NCBI GenBank assembly: GCA_964016885.1
Contig: OZ024741.1
Location: forward strand, 394,692,001 to 394,756,000
Reading direction: 5' to 3'
Source of the DNA: Eledone cirrhosa
Lineage: Eukaryota
Length of the DNA stretch: 64,000 nucleotides
In this document: positions 28,453 to 41,663 of the stretch, piece after piece
How positions within the stretch are numbered: position 1 is the stretch's first letter
Layout of the letters: every line of letters starts with the position of its first letter
Notes under the pieces: model-generated
The model's database searches: none
What the model was told of the DNA's origin: nothing
The model's input: the letters and a program-made list of their open reading frames with translations, nothing else
Made by a program: the position numbers and the translations under genes

Positions 28453-29476
28453 TATAAACGTTTGTATATGTATGATAAAGCCAAAACAATGTCGGTATGG
28501 ACATAGAATAAAGAGTGCAAATGCAAAAGATATTGTTGACAATTAGTCTTTTACCTTAGATTTATTTAAATGTCCTAAATTTTCGAGATAATATCTCTTC
28601 TTCAGAGGGAAGTAAAGTTGTCAAACCAGTGTTCTAAATAGCTTGCCAAGTCATGCTGACAGGAAATGGTATAGAGTATCTGTTCTATCTCTAATGTCAA
28701 AGAGTTAAGATTAGGTGGATAAAGAGTAGTCTCCCTTTAAGAGGGGTTTGTTTTTTTCTTTCTTTTTGGTTTTTTTTATACATGCCTCATTGAAGAAACA
28801 CCTAGTTAAATGCAAAAACACCGACAAAACCATAACAGTTAGGATAGAAACTAAGGAAAGAAACCTCGGCAATCTTAGAATTAAGGAAGCACTAATTATA
28901 GACAAAACACAACCACCAATTAATAATAGACTAGAACTCAACATCCAATTTATAACTTGATAGAGCTCCTAGCCCCATATTTACACCCCCCCCCCACACA
29001 CACACACGCTTACACCTCCACTTATTCTCTCTCACACATACACACACAAAACCAGTTCTAACACGAGATAACATCTATCCCCCACATTTACGTATAGACA
29101 TATCTTCTCACACTCACATACTTTCTCCCACACACTTAAACAGGCATGTATAAAAAAACCAAAAAAAACCCCCAAAACAAACCCCTCTTAAAGGGAGACT
29201 ACTCTTTATCCACCTAATCCTTAACTCTTTGACATTAGAGATAGAACAGATACTCTATACCATTTCCTGTCAGCATGACTTGGCAAGCTATTTAGAACAC
29301 TGGTTTGACAACTTTACTTCCCTCTGAAGAAGAGATATTATCTCGAAAATTTAGGACATTTAAATAAATCTAAGGTAAAAGACTAATTGTCAACAATATC
29401 TTTTGCATTTGCACTCTTTATTCTATGTCCATACCGACATTGTTTTGGCTTTATTATACATATACAAACGTTTATA
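28453..29476 (+). mobile_element. Penelope-like 3' fragment with inverted pseudo-LTR
   Basis: ~330-bp inverted arms 28453-28786/29142-29476 around a GIY-YIG C-terminal stub (LKKHLVKC...LRIKEALII...PPINNR); hammerhead core in each arm. Confidence 0.85.
29320..29356 (+). ncRNA. Minimal type I hammerhead ribozyme (Penelope pLTR); inverted copy at 28573-28609 (-)
   Basis: cct-CTGAAGA-A-GAGAT att ATCTC-GAAA-ATTT-agg: intact core, stem II, palindromic stem III, short CCT/AGG stem I. Confidence 0.7.
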
Positions 29477-29502
29477 TATATATATATTTATATATATATA
29501 TA

Positions 29503-29933
29503 TATTTATTAAAATAACAGATTAAAGTTTAAGCAAAGAATCGCTGCTTTCACCCTTAACAGGATCTTCTGAAACTAACAAAGTCAATCTGTAAACGCAG
29601 AAGTAAATATTTCAAAAAACGTTGTAACCGAAGGAAGACAGGAAGATGATACTTTGGGTCGTGGAAACGTTCCCTGGCAAAGAACGGGAAAAAATAAATA
29701 TAATACGTCATTATTTGGAGCGGTGAAAAACAATTACACGCAAAGACAGAACCACGTTTACAGATTGACTTTGTTAGTTTCAGAAGATCCGGTTAAGGGT
29801 GAAAGCAGCGATTCTTTGCTTAAACTTTAATCTGTTATTTTAATAAATATTTGCTCTACGGTTCTTATATATTTTATATATATTTATCCTTATCGAGCCC
29901 TCTTTGGATTTTAGTCTTCAAATTTATTATTAT

Positions 29934-29939
<6 letters not shown>
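29503..29939. mobile_element. Non-coding fold-back element (probable Penelope pLTR) in (TA)n
   Basis: ~92-bp inverted repeat 29506-29597/29756-29848; both ends recur at 60250-61210. Confidence 0.65.
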
Positions 29940-29994
<55 letters not shown>

Positions 29995-30331
29995 CATACA
30001 TCTGATGGAAGCAAGGTGAGGCATAACTTCTTTTTTGATCTGGAGTAGTCAGTGAAAATGATTTGTTTTTATAAACACACCACAAGAATAAGGAAAATAA
30101 TTTATTGTAACAAAAACAATAGCGGACTAAGTGCCCTGCACTATTTAGTTGCAACCTTCTACATTGTAAATTGAAATTCGGCTGATAAAATAAGTACACA
30201 TCACATAGTGAGGTTAGTTCAATTAGTGGTGCCCATAATTTTAACTGTGTCTGCCTGAGAAATCTTTATTATTATTTAATATTCAAAAAAATTTTAAATA
30301 GAAACAAATGTTGAAATGAAAGAATGTTTAC

Positions 30332-30454
30332 CTTGACTTGTTTAGTACGTCCCAAACAGCCTGTAAGTTTTATATTGGTGACATATATAGGAGTATCGCC
30401 TTGAGGACTATTTACACCACCAGATACACTAATTCCTAAACTTTCAGAGGGATC
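30332..30454 (-). CDS. LNX2: LNX1/2-like exon (PDZ3 N-half)
   Basis: attag/gtaaac; DPSESLGISVSGGVNSPQGDTPIYVTNIKLTGCLGRTKQVK, 123 nt, phase 0-0. Confidence 0.92.
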
Positions 30455-30921
30455 CTAATAATGAAATAATGATGAAAATAACATGTTTGCTTGTAATCAT
30501 CTGGAATAAAGCCGATAATAATAATTTGAATATAACAACAGACAAAGAAATGTGTTCATTCATTCACCATATACTTTCTTAAAGAAATGTTTACACAGTA
30601 AATATATCTACACATGTAAATTGTGTTCACTTTCTCATTTGTACTACGACACAACCTTACGGCTACCCCATCACATTGCTCATGCAGTTTTCTACTCAAT
30701 CCACTACCCACTACCAACAAGAAGCATATAGCTACCACTGTCTTTCTTCTTACCTTACCATCCTCTCACTGTTTCTTTCTTCACATTTAAAATCATACTT
30801 TCTCCTCTTAACTCATGGCTATCACTCTGCAACCTTTCAGCCGTGATTGCCTTGAAAAAAGTCAAAACATTGTCCAAAGTCTTGTAGAAATTCTATAGAA
30901 GAAACATTTGTTGAAACTAAC

Positions 30922-31095
30922 TTTTTGGATAATAAGTTCCCGTTCCATGATTTTTCTACAAGGAGTTAACTTGCAAGTTTCATTATCAGAGGATGCATTC
31001 TTTAGAGAAAACTCATTGCCTGTTGAGCGAATAAGATCAGGTGTTTGTGGGCGACTTTTTCGGCACACTACAAACTCTACTTCATCACTACTTTT
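30922..31095 (-). CDS. LNX2: LNX1/2-like exon (PDZ2 end and linker)
   Basis: ttcag/gttagt; KSSDEVEFVVCRKSRPQTPDLIRSTGNE...MERELIIQK, 174 nt, phase 0-0. Confidence 0.88.
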
Positions 31096-31344
31096 CTGAA
31101 AATAAAAAAAGAAGTTGAAGTAAGAGTACAATACTGTAAAATAGTATTATTAAAGAAAACTAACTTGAATTCATAATAAATTTAACAAAAGTAAAGAAAT
31201 ATCTCACACTTAAAATTATTTCTGGTTTAATATGTAATATTATTGTAAGAAAATAGAATACCTGTGGGTTGGCAGCATTTAGCTACAGCCCTTTATGTTC
31301 TGAGTTAAATCCCACTCAGGCCAACATTGCCTTTCATTCTTCTT

Positions 31345-34030
31345 TACAGTATGGGCTGGGTGCATTTTGTTGTGATACCAACAAAACTTTAGAGTGTAAG
31401 GGTGGTGTGGACAGAAGTGGGTGAGTGGGGGATATAGTGGTTAACCCAACATTGAATTGTCAAATGTCATGTTCATCTATTCGCATTATTTTCTCTTAAT
31501 TATACTCAAGAGGGTTATCAATTTTATTTGTTTGTAATTACTTTAATTTCCTATGTGCAGACTTGAAATTTTGTCAGTAGATGTTTAAATAACTATAATT
31601 TACAATTATATATTTTTACCTGATTTTTTTTGTTAAAATTGACTTTTATGGACAGGTGAAATTAATTAACAGGTGTAAAAGTAATAACTTTATGGATAAA
31701 CACAAACATTTAAACTTTATCTGCCTTATCTGTTAGATTTGTTGCAAAAAAAATCCAATAATGATCTAGATGCTGATTTCCATCAATTCTAGCAGTTTTC
31801 CGAACAGGTGAATTAATTAAAAATACAGGTGTAATCAGTACAAGGTTTTAGTCTTTCTCTACATTCCAGGCAAATATTTTCATTGAAAAAAATGTATAAA
31901 ACCTTTTCACCAGTCAAAATAATATTGGCAATGCACTCTGTAAATGTACGGTGTAAAATTACGTAACAGAAAGTTCCCAATATATAAGTTTATACACACT
32001 TTTAAATTTTTCTGACATTTCAATTAATAGTCGTGTACAGTGGGTCGTAATTTGATTCATTTCTACCAGGGGCATTTGAAGTATCAACCAGGTGCAAATA
32101 CTGGTTTAATTTGATGAATCTCGTTTTTGCCATAATACTAGATATATAAGGGTCACCAAACCTTATATCAGTACTCCAATAATTCCAGTCGTGGAAATTG
32201 TTTAATACCAAACATAATATTTATGGTAAAAAACGCTTTCATTTCGGCAGAATCTGTCGGACGCCATAACAGATCGGGTTTTCCGATATTAGAAATTTGT
32301 CGTTGTGCATAGCGATTTGCCACAACTTCGAAGAAACTTTGTGGTAAAAATAAAAAATAATAATCCAGTGCTTTAGCATCGGGTGGTAATGTGTGTTGTG
32401 GTCCAATATTTTCAGTAAAATCCAAAACATGTATCGATGTTGTTTCTTTCAACCACGTTGGTGTTTTTTCAATGGTGTCAGTCAAATCTTCTCTTTCACT
32501 TTCAAAGTGACTATCAGATATATCAGAAATAAATATATCTGATTCGTTTGAAGATAAATCACTGATATTATTATCTTCTGTTTCTTTTTGATCTCCAATG
32601 TCGTCGGACGTAAAACCTTCAAATTCGTTGTCGCTACTTTCGGAAGCCATGTTACACTTTCAACGTTAAAAACACGTGTTTTCGCAAGTTCTTTAACTAT
32701 ACTAAGAGTTAATTTTCTTGCGTAAGGGCTTTATCTCGCAGTAATCTCGAATTGACGAGATTTCGATGATGTCAATGTTTATTTTTAGAAGGAGATCTCC
32801 GTGTGTTATTAAATGTCAGTTTTTGTCAGTTTGAATAAATGAAAGGGGACATAATCTTGTCGGTTTGAATGCTAAAGGGTTAAGAGGTGCATTTCTAGAT
32901 GAATGTTTGAGTCTTTGCACATGGAAAGGCATGGCTTCTGTATTACTGCATAACACCAAAGAACCCGATCCTGTCATTGTCTTTCAGAGGTGCAATTGTG
33001 CAAGGTCAGCATTTATCACCTCGTCCCAGGTCTTCCTACTCCATAGCTTCCACCAGTTTTGATCATCCTGCACCTTTTTATACAGCTGTTGTCCTTCATA
33101 CACATAACAATCTCCTCTCTAGCATACCGTATCTGATCCCTCTTATAACTAATTTCTCTCCCAGTTCATTTATGCTTTGCCGTTCATGTATATTACTATT
33201 ACACATCCATCGGAGCATGCATGCTTCATTTCTTTCCATTCTTCGCATGTCCTCTGCACACAGTGTCCAGGTCTCGCTACCATGTCACATTGCTGTTTGT
33301 ATACATGCATCATATAATCTGCCCTTTATTTTAAGGAGAAAAAAACCTTTTGTAGCTAACAGCGGTAGTAGCTCTCTGAACTTTCTCCACCCCGTTCTTA
33401 CTCTGGCTACTGTACTTTCGAAACACTCTCCTCCACTGCTGATTTTGTCACCCAGGTAACGAAAAGTTTCGTCTATTTGAAGGCGCTAGTATCCTGTGGG
33501 GACGTGCTACATACTGCACCGGGTATAAATAAAACCTGCATTCTTTGATAGCCTGCCTGTGATCCCACTACATCTTTTATGTACTCATAGCTTGCATTTG
33601 GGACATAGAATCAAATTTCTACCTACGCCTTTCCTGCACACTGAGTAAGGCCATTCCCCAGAGGGAATCTGGGCTCTGTTTTTCTTTCTACATAATAGAT
33701 CTTTAGTCTTTGACAAGTTAACTTTAAGACCTTTTGGTTGTATGCCATACTTCCAGGTTTGGAATTTCTTCCCTGGTTTTGCCATAGATTCATGCTTATG
33801 GTCCTTGTGTTACAGAATATGCTTAAATATTTTATCTTCTGCTTCCCTTCTTGCAAGGGTCACTTGTCACCTAGCTTCTCTCCTAACCTCCTGGTAGTGT
33901 TCCCTACTCCCTCCATTCTTTCCATGCCTGCCTTTTGGCCTTAATTGTCTCGCCCTACTGTTCCACCACCTCCTTCAGTCACTCTCCTTCTCCCTAGAGA
34001 CCTACTCCAGCACTGATTTCATTTGTCACC
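31345..34030 (-). mobile_element. Decayed RTE LINE interrupted by piggyBac
   Basis: 3' UTR ...tatagtggTTAA|TTAAgaggtgc... matches the uninterrupted copy near 52200-52230; ORF remnants at 32950-33800. Confidence 0.8.
31445..32879 (-). mobile_element. piggyBac-type DNA transposon (internally deleted, frameshifted transposase)
   Basis: TTAA TSD at 31441-31444 and 32880-32883; CCC...GGG termini; acidic N-terminus then WRPTDSAEMKAFFTINIMFG...YWSTD...MAKTRFIKLNQYLHL (PGBD-like). Confidence 0.88.
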
Positions 34031-34702
34031 TGGAATAAAAAGTAATGTTTGCATAGTCTTCCAGAGACGAGAGGTGAATTCATGTTCGTCTTTATGGGTG
34101 CTCCAGCACTGCATCTCTGTAGTCCATTCATCATACAACAAGGTCTATGATAATGTTTATGAGAAGAAGTAGCTGAAGCAGTGGCTTTTGCAATTAAAAA
34201 TTTGGATTAGTGGAAACATACTATGTGCTGCTGAAATTTGATTGGTCCAAATAACTATGGTGGTGAGTGGGGGTGGGTGAGATTTATATGGGATGCTTTT
34301 AAAAAAGGGAGTTGATTCGAGATTGTAGGAAAAGTTACTGAAGGAAACATGTGAAATAATGAATAAATAATATGTATGAATGAATGAACAGTCGGAGGTG
34401 AATATGAAGCAGAAAGAATTTACATTTACTTGTTTCAACTTTAACAAAGCAATGGTAGAATCAGATGAAATAGAGTTATAGGGCTATTTGTATGCATTTA
34501 TATATATATATATATTCGCACATGGAGTGAGGGGAGGGAGGGCATATTCAAAATGAAATGTAGACAGAAAGGATATGAAGAAAGAGAAGACCTAGGATAA
34601 TGAGGCAGAAAGATTTTACTTGAGAGTTAAAATTAAGCAGAGATAGAAAGGAGTCGATTCGAGATCGTAGGAAAAGTTACTGAAAGAAACAATGAGAAAT
34701 AA

Positions 34703-36399
34703 CACTGGTCAACAGCCAAAATGCTTCTGATACCAGAGTAGCAATTTCCAACTAATTTTAAGCCACTGATAATGAATATCATGGTTAAAACCATTTGTAG
34801 GCTCTACTTTTCAACATACACATACAGGTCACAACAGACTTGCGGCAGTGTGTTTCTTACCACACTCACAGTCCCACTGCCCTTCAGTTATAGGAGGTGG
34901 TTGTTCTGTGCAAGTTTATATATTAAGTTGAAAGGTAGGTGATTTGCCCAGTCAAGCACTTAAACTTATAGTAAATATTCATTGAGCTAGCTATGGATAT
35001 GCATGTGAGGCATTTTATATTAATTTTCTTTTCTTACTGAATGATATAATTTTGATGAAGCACACTCCTCTAGACCACATCTCATAACACAAGGGGAACT
35101 CTATGACCTTGTGATGGATCTACAACTACCTAAGAATAAGGCAGAGCTACTAAGCTCTTGTCTTCAACAGTGGAATCACCTAACAGCTCATGTGATGATC
35201 TCAAAATTTCATGACTGTCTGCTGCAGTTCAGCAATTTCTTCATAATGGAAAGTGATTTATTGGCCTGCAACAATATTAATGGTATGATGGAAGCACTTA
35301 ATATTAAATATGAACCCAGTCACTGGAGGCTGTTCATAGATTCATCAAAAGCAAGTATGACATATGTCTTACTGCATAATGGCAATAGTGAACCACCAGT
35401 TCCTTTGGGCTATGCATCACATATGAAAGAAACTTATGAGAATATAAAGCATATGTTTGCAATGCATAAAATATGATGAACATCAATGGCAGGTCTGTGG
35501 TGACTTAAAGGTTGTTGCTCTTGTGATGGGCTTACAGGATGGATACACCAAGTACTGCTGCTTTTTGTGTCAATGGGACAACCATGCAAGATGTTCCTAC
35601 TATATTAGGAGAGACTGGCCACCTCGTCAATCATTGGAGCCTGGGATGAAAAATGTTCAACAGCCACCTCTCACTAAACCAAACTAAATTTTGCTACCTC
35701 CTCTAACACATAAAACTGGGTCTCATAAAACACTTTGTAAAAGCTATGGACAATTCCAGTATTTAGCATCAAAATTCCCCTCACTGAATGATATTAAGAT
35801 CAAAGAAGGAGTCTTCATTGGTCCCCAGATTCAAGAGCTTCTAAAAGATGGTGACTTTGAATCAGCCCTTCATGGGGAGGAGAAAGCTGCTTGGGAAGCA
35901 TTCAAGTTAGTGGCGAAGGAATTTCTCGGAAACAGAAGAGAAGGAAATTGAAGAATTGGTGGAAAACCTCATCAAGGAAGGCTTACAAGAACATGGGATG
36001 TAACATGTCACTTAAAATTTACTTTTTGGACTCACATTTAGAGTTTTTTCCAGCGAACTTTGTGACAGGTTGTGACGAACATGGTGAAAAGTTTCACCAA
36101 GATATTTCAACTATGGAAAAGTGGTACTAGGACAAATGGAGCACAAAAATGCTTGCAGACTATTGCTGGACATTGGCAAGAAATGACTTTTCATCCCACT
36201 ATGTCAAGCAAAAAGGCAGAGAGTAGATACGGAATACAGCTTAAAACATAATCACACATATTGTATGTTATAATAAAATAATCAAATATTACATGTCGTG
36301 TATCTTTAAGCCTGTAGCTAATAAGTATTTATCAAGGTGATATTTGAATTAAATAATCTCGTTTAAGAAATACAACCTCTAAAAAATTGTTGACCAGTG
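34703..36399 (+). mobile_element. Chapaev3-type (CMC) DNA transposon with pseudogenised transposase
   Basis: 12-bp TIR CACTGGTCAACA/TGTTGACCAGTG, 3-bp TAA TSD; WRLFIDSS, CGDLKV...GLQ.GYTKYCCFLCQWD, KIKEGVFIGPQI, DEHGEKFHQDI. Confidence 0.85.
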
Positions 36400-36490
36400 T
36401 AATGAATAAATAATATGTATGAATAAACAGATTAACAGACGGAGATGTATATATATCATTCTCACGTACACCAACATCACATGGATATGG

Positions 36491-38515
36491 ATCATCATCA
36501 TCATCGTTTAACGTCTATCTTTCACGCTAGCATGGGTTAGATGGGAATTGTCCCACTTGAGGCAAGATTGGTCGAGTGACAGTGTCTCGCTCATATAGGA
36601 CTATCTGGCAGGTTTTCTACGGCTGGATGCCCTTCTTAACACCATCCACATTTACAGTGCAGACTGGGAGGTTTTTGCCGTGTTACCTACACGGCCACAT
36701 TACAGCGTGGACTGTTTTTTTTGTCGTGACACCTACACAACCTCATTAGTTTGGACTGGATGTTGTGGTACCAACATAACTTTACAGAGAAAGGGTGGTG
36801 TTGGTGGGAGTGGGAGGATGGAGTAGGGGTAGTGGGTTGGGGTGTATATTTGATTAAGAGGTGCCTACTGACTGTAGGTTTCACTTTGTACATAGGCAGA
36901 GATCTCGATCCAGTGACATTGTCTTAGAGAGGTGCAAGTGTGCAAGGTCAGAATTTATCATGACGTCCCAGGTTTTCTGGGTCTACCTACTCCGTAACTT
37001 CCATCAATTTTGATCCCCCTGCACTTTTGTATACAGCTCTCGACTTTCATGCACATCACGGGATCGTATCAACGTAATCTTCTCTCAAGTAAACAGCATC
37101 TGATCCCTCTTATTCCTAATTTCTCACTTAGTTCATTTATGTATATTACTATTACACATCCAACGGAGCATGCATGCTTCTTTCCTTTCCAGTCTGCGCA
37201 TGTCCTCTGCACACAGTGTCCAGGTCTCACTACCATGTAACATTGCTGTTCGTATATAAGCATCATACAATCTGCCTTTCATTTTTAGAGAGAAACCTTC
37301 TGTGGCCAGCAGTGGTATAAGCTCTCTGAACTTTTTCCATCCCGTTCTAACTCTGGCTACTGTACTTTCAGAGCATCTGATGATTTTGTCACCCACGTAA
37401 CGGAAAGTGTCCACTATTTCTATAGAACCATCTGGGCAGTAGAAGGAGCTAGTATCCTATGGGCACTTGTTACTTAGTGCACCTGAGCATCGGCCACATA
37501 TAAAATCTACGTTCTTAGATAACTTGCCTGTGATCCCACTACATCTTTTATGTACCCATAGTTTGCATTTGGGATATAGAATGGAATTTCTACCTACTCC
37601 TTTCCAACACACTGAGCATGGCCATTTCCCAGGGGTCACCTGTGCCCTATTTTCCTTTCTACATACTAGAGCTTCAGTCTTAGACAAGTTAACTTTATGG
37701 CCTTTTGATTCTAGGCCATGCTTGCATGTTTGGAATTTCTTCTCTAGTTCAGCCATCGATTCAGCTATGAGAGTTAGATCATCTGCATATAGAAGTTCCC
37801 ATGGGCAGTCGGTCTTAAACTCCTCTGTTATAGCCAGAAGAGCAATAAGAAACAGGAGGGGACTAAGGACAGAGTGTTGATGAACACCAAATTCTACGTT
37901 AAATTCTTCACTATATTCATTGTTAATTCTAACCTTGCTTACTGTTTCTTTATACATGGCTTGTATAGCTCTCACAAGCCATTTATCTACTCTTAGTTTT
38001 CTAAGGGTCCACCAGATAACGGAGCGGGGGACTCTGTCAAAGGCTTTCTCCAAGTCAACAAAAGCTAAATAGAGGGGTTTACTTTTAGCTAGGTACTTCT
38101 CATGTAGTTGTCGTACAAGGAAGAGAGCATCTGTGGTACTTTTACCTGACACAAACCCGAACTGCATTTCATCTAGATCAATTCTGTCCCTAATCAGTTG
38201 TGCAATAACTCTTTCTGTGACCTTCATGATCTAGTCGATTAATTTAATGCCTCTATAGTTTCCCCTATCTAGAGCATCTCCTTTACCCTTGTAGCAGTTA
38301 ATGATGATGCTGCTATGCTAGTCCTTTGGTATGACCCCATTCTGTATTACTTGGTTTACTATCCGGGTGACCATAGAATGTCCCACTATTCCAGATGCTT
38401 TCAACATCTCAGCAACTATCTCCGAAGGCCTAGCTGCCTTGCCTGTCTTCATATCTTTGATTGCCTTACTTATTATACTACTTTTAACTTGCACCGCTAG
38501 TCCCTCTATTGGATT
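36491..38515 (-). mobile_element. RTE LINE, 5'-truncated
   Basis: ORF 37457-38227: QFGFVSGKSTTDA, FVDLEKAFDRV, YADDL, PHD; (CAT)n tail. Confidence 0.9.
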
Positions 38516-38879
38516 GATATATATATATATACATATATATATATCCATGTGATGTTGGTGTTGGTGTATGTGAACATGAGTACTCAATACCAATGTAGAG
38601 TTTAATAATATTTTTTATTATGGCTAAGTGATGATCCCATGAGTATACAGGCGAAATTCCAGAGTAACAAGACTCCTCATTTAGCCATAATAAAGAATCT
38701 ATATATATCTTCATTATCATCGTTTAACGTCCTTTTGTTCCACACTAGCATAGCAGAAACCGCTGAGCTTGCAGTTAATTCTCTACTTTCACTTTTATAT
38801 ATATGCATATATATATATAACTATGAGTACACAAGAGATATAGTCAGATCTCAGAAAGTTTAGCTAAATACATATGCTT

Positions 38880-39832
38880 TACATGTTGCGGTTGCACTGG
38901 GAGTGTAGGCAGCAAACAACCACAGGAAACAAGCAGGTTCGGTAGAGACAGTAGACAGCTTCTGCTACCTGGGTGACCAAGTTAACAGCAGAAGTGGGTG
39001 TTCTGAAAGTACAGTAGCCACAATAAGAAGGGGATGGAAGAAGTTCAGGGAGCTACTACCATTGCTAGCTACAAAAGGCTTTACCCTAAAAATGAAAGGC
39101 AGACTATGATGCATGTATACGAACTGCAATGTTGCATGGTAGCGATTCATGGACGCTGTGTGCAGAAGACTTGCATAGATTGGAAAGGAATGAAGCTTGC
39201 ATGCTCCAATGGATGTGTAATAGTAATATACACGAATTGCAAAGCATAAACATACTGAGAGAGAAACTAGGCAGCAGATGAATCAGATGCAGTGTGCAGG
39301 AGAGGAGATTGCATTGGTATGGACATGTGATAAAAAGGTGTAGAGTGCTCAAAGTCGATCAAAGCCATGGAGTGGGGAGATCCTGAAAGACTTGGGATAA
39401 GGTGATAAAAGCTGGCCTTGCCCAATTGCACCTCTCAAAGGTGATGACACAAGACCGGGATCTCTGGCGTTACACAGTAATACAGAAGACCCGACTTCCC
39501 AGGGGCACAGGCTGAAGATGAAGCATGTGTACAATATGCACCATCCCACCTCACTCACTCCTACACATATATCTAGTGAAGCCTCCAGCCCACACTCTAA
39601 AGTGGTTGTGATGGCGACACAACAAAAAGTGCCAGCCCACACTGTAAAATGGTCATGTAGGTGTCACAGCAAAAAGCACCCAGTCTATGATGTAAATGAA
39701 GTTGGCATTAGGAAGGGCATCTAGCTGTAGAAACCAAGCCTAAATAAGTCCTGTATGAGCAAAGCATTGCTCACAACAAGACAACTCGTCTAACCCGCAT
39801 CGAAAATGGACGTTAAACGGTGATGATGATGA
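38880..39832 (+). mobile_element. Decayed RTE LINE 3' fragment
   Basis: Homology to the other copies; ggacgttaaacg(gat)n tail. Confidence 0.8.
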
Positions 39833-39945
39833 TATATATATATATATTTATCTTTGATAGTTGGTGATTGTTTCTAATTAAACTGTGGAATTTCCACAGG
39901 AAAAAATTGATATATTTCAAAAAAAGAAAAAAAAAAGTAACCAAC

Positions 39946-40062
39946 TTGAATGTAAAAAGCAGCTTGCTCTTGAGATCCATATGTGACATCTTGTCCATTT
40001 ATTTCCAAAACTTGATCATCTGGTTTTAAACGACCATCAATAGCAGCAAGACTTTGACTGAT
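39946..40062 (-). CDS. LNX2: LNX1/2-like exon (PDZ2)
   Basis: tttag/gttggt; ISQSLAAIDGRLKPDDQVLEINGQDVTYGSQEQAAFYIQ, 117 nt. Confidence 0.9.
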
Positions 40063-40943
40063 CTAAAGACAAAATCAAAAATATTTGTATGTAGCAGAAT
40101 GATATATGTACACAATAATCAATTTCATGAAATAAAATATGGAAAAATATCATTAAGGTGAAAGTCTTAACTCATTAACTCTTTTGATAACAATCCGCCT
40201 ACAACTAGCCCTAGTTCTATGATATGAAACTGCCTGTTTTAAAGTGCTCGTGCTTATATGAAAACCTTCCAACATAATTTTCTATTAAATAATGTTCCAA
40301 AAATCAGCTTAATAATGAAAAAGTTATATTACTAAATCCTTCTAAATTCTTGATTATTTTCAAAATTAATTGAAATATATAAGTGACATGATGTTAATTA
40401 CATTGCAAAACAATAACAAAAAATTGGATTATATTTGGAGTAACAGATATAAAATACTATATATAGGCATGAATTAGTCAATTTGAATATAAGCCAACTG
40501 CACCCTATTATACGTTTGAGAAATGAGCAAAAATCCAAACCCATGTATGAGCCAAGGCAGCTAATCAAAACACTGTTTAGATGGCACAGTTTTGTAAATT
40601 CCCACATATTTTTATGAGGTTTTAATATTTTGATATTTAAAATATTTTAAAGTGTTGTTTAGAGCATAAGTTTGTTTCACAACTTGAAGAAGAGTTGAAA
40701 TTATTGCAAGGTTTCAAGGCTCTAGCATCTCTTAGTCAGCCTAATAACCTTTCAGCTCATCCTCATATAATGAAACAATGTTTTACTACATTTTAGAAGC
40801 ATTTTTAGTATTCACAGACTTTATTTACTTTTTCATCTCTCCCAGAATGTGAGTGACTGGTTCGCTAATTTATTTTCATTTATTAAATGTTCCAATTGGT
40901 TTATATTTATACAAATGCTCCGTTATTGTTGATTTTTTCCAGA

Positions 40944-41663
40944 AGTTGCATATACTTATAAAATTGCTTCTAGATTTGGCACAAGGCCAGCAATTATCCC
41001 AGTGTACTTTATTTTATCGACCCCGTAAAGATGAAAGGCAAAGTTAACCTCGGTGGGATTTGAACCCAGACCATAAAGGGCCGTAACTCTTTGCTGCAAA
41101 GCATGGCGTCAAACCCTCTACTGATACTGCCAATCCAACAAACATTACTTATATAATGCTAATTACACAGACACCATGTGGTGATGTGTCAGAACTTGAT
41201 ACTGTTTATTGTTTTAAGTAATTAAGATTACTGTTAAAATTCAGATCACACTGAGCTTTATCATTTAAAAGGAAAACTGCAATCATTTCTTATACTGTAG
41301 AGGAACATAGACAACTATCTTTGCATGTAAACAGATAAAATGGTAAAAAAAATCATTATTGTAATGAACTAACAATTACTTAAAACAATAAACAGTATGA
41401 AGTTATGACACATCACCACATGGTGTCTGTGTAATTAACATTATATAAGTATGTAAGGGCAGTGGATTGGCAGTATCGGTAGAGGATCGGACACCATGCT
41501 TTCTAGCATAGTTACGTCCCTGTACAGCCTGAGTTCAAATCCCGCCGAGGTTAACTTTGCCTTTCATCCTTACGGGGTCGATAAAATAAAGTACCAGTAA
41601 TACACTGGGGTAAATGCTGGCCTTGTGCCAAAAGTAGAAACAATTATATAAGTATCTGCAACT
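40944..41663. repeat. ~720-bp imperfect palindrome with a tRNA-derived SINE in each arm
   Basis: Arms 40944-41223 and 41374-41663; SINE with B-box GAGTTCAAATCC at ~41458-41646 (+) and an inverted copy at ~40962-41140. Confidence 0.85.
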
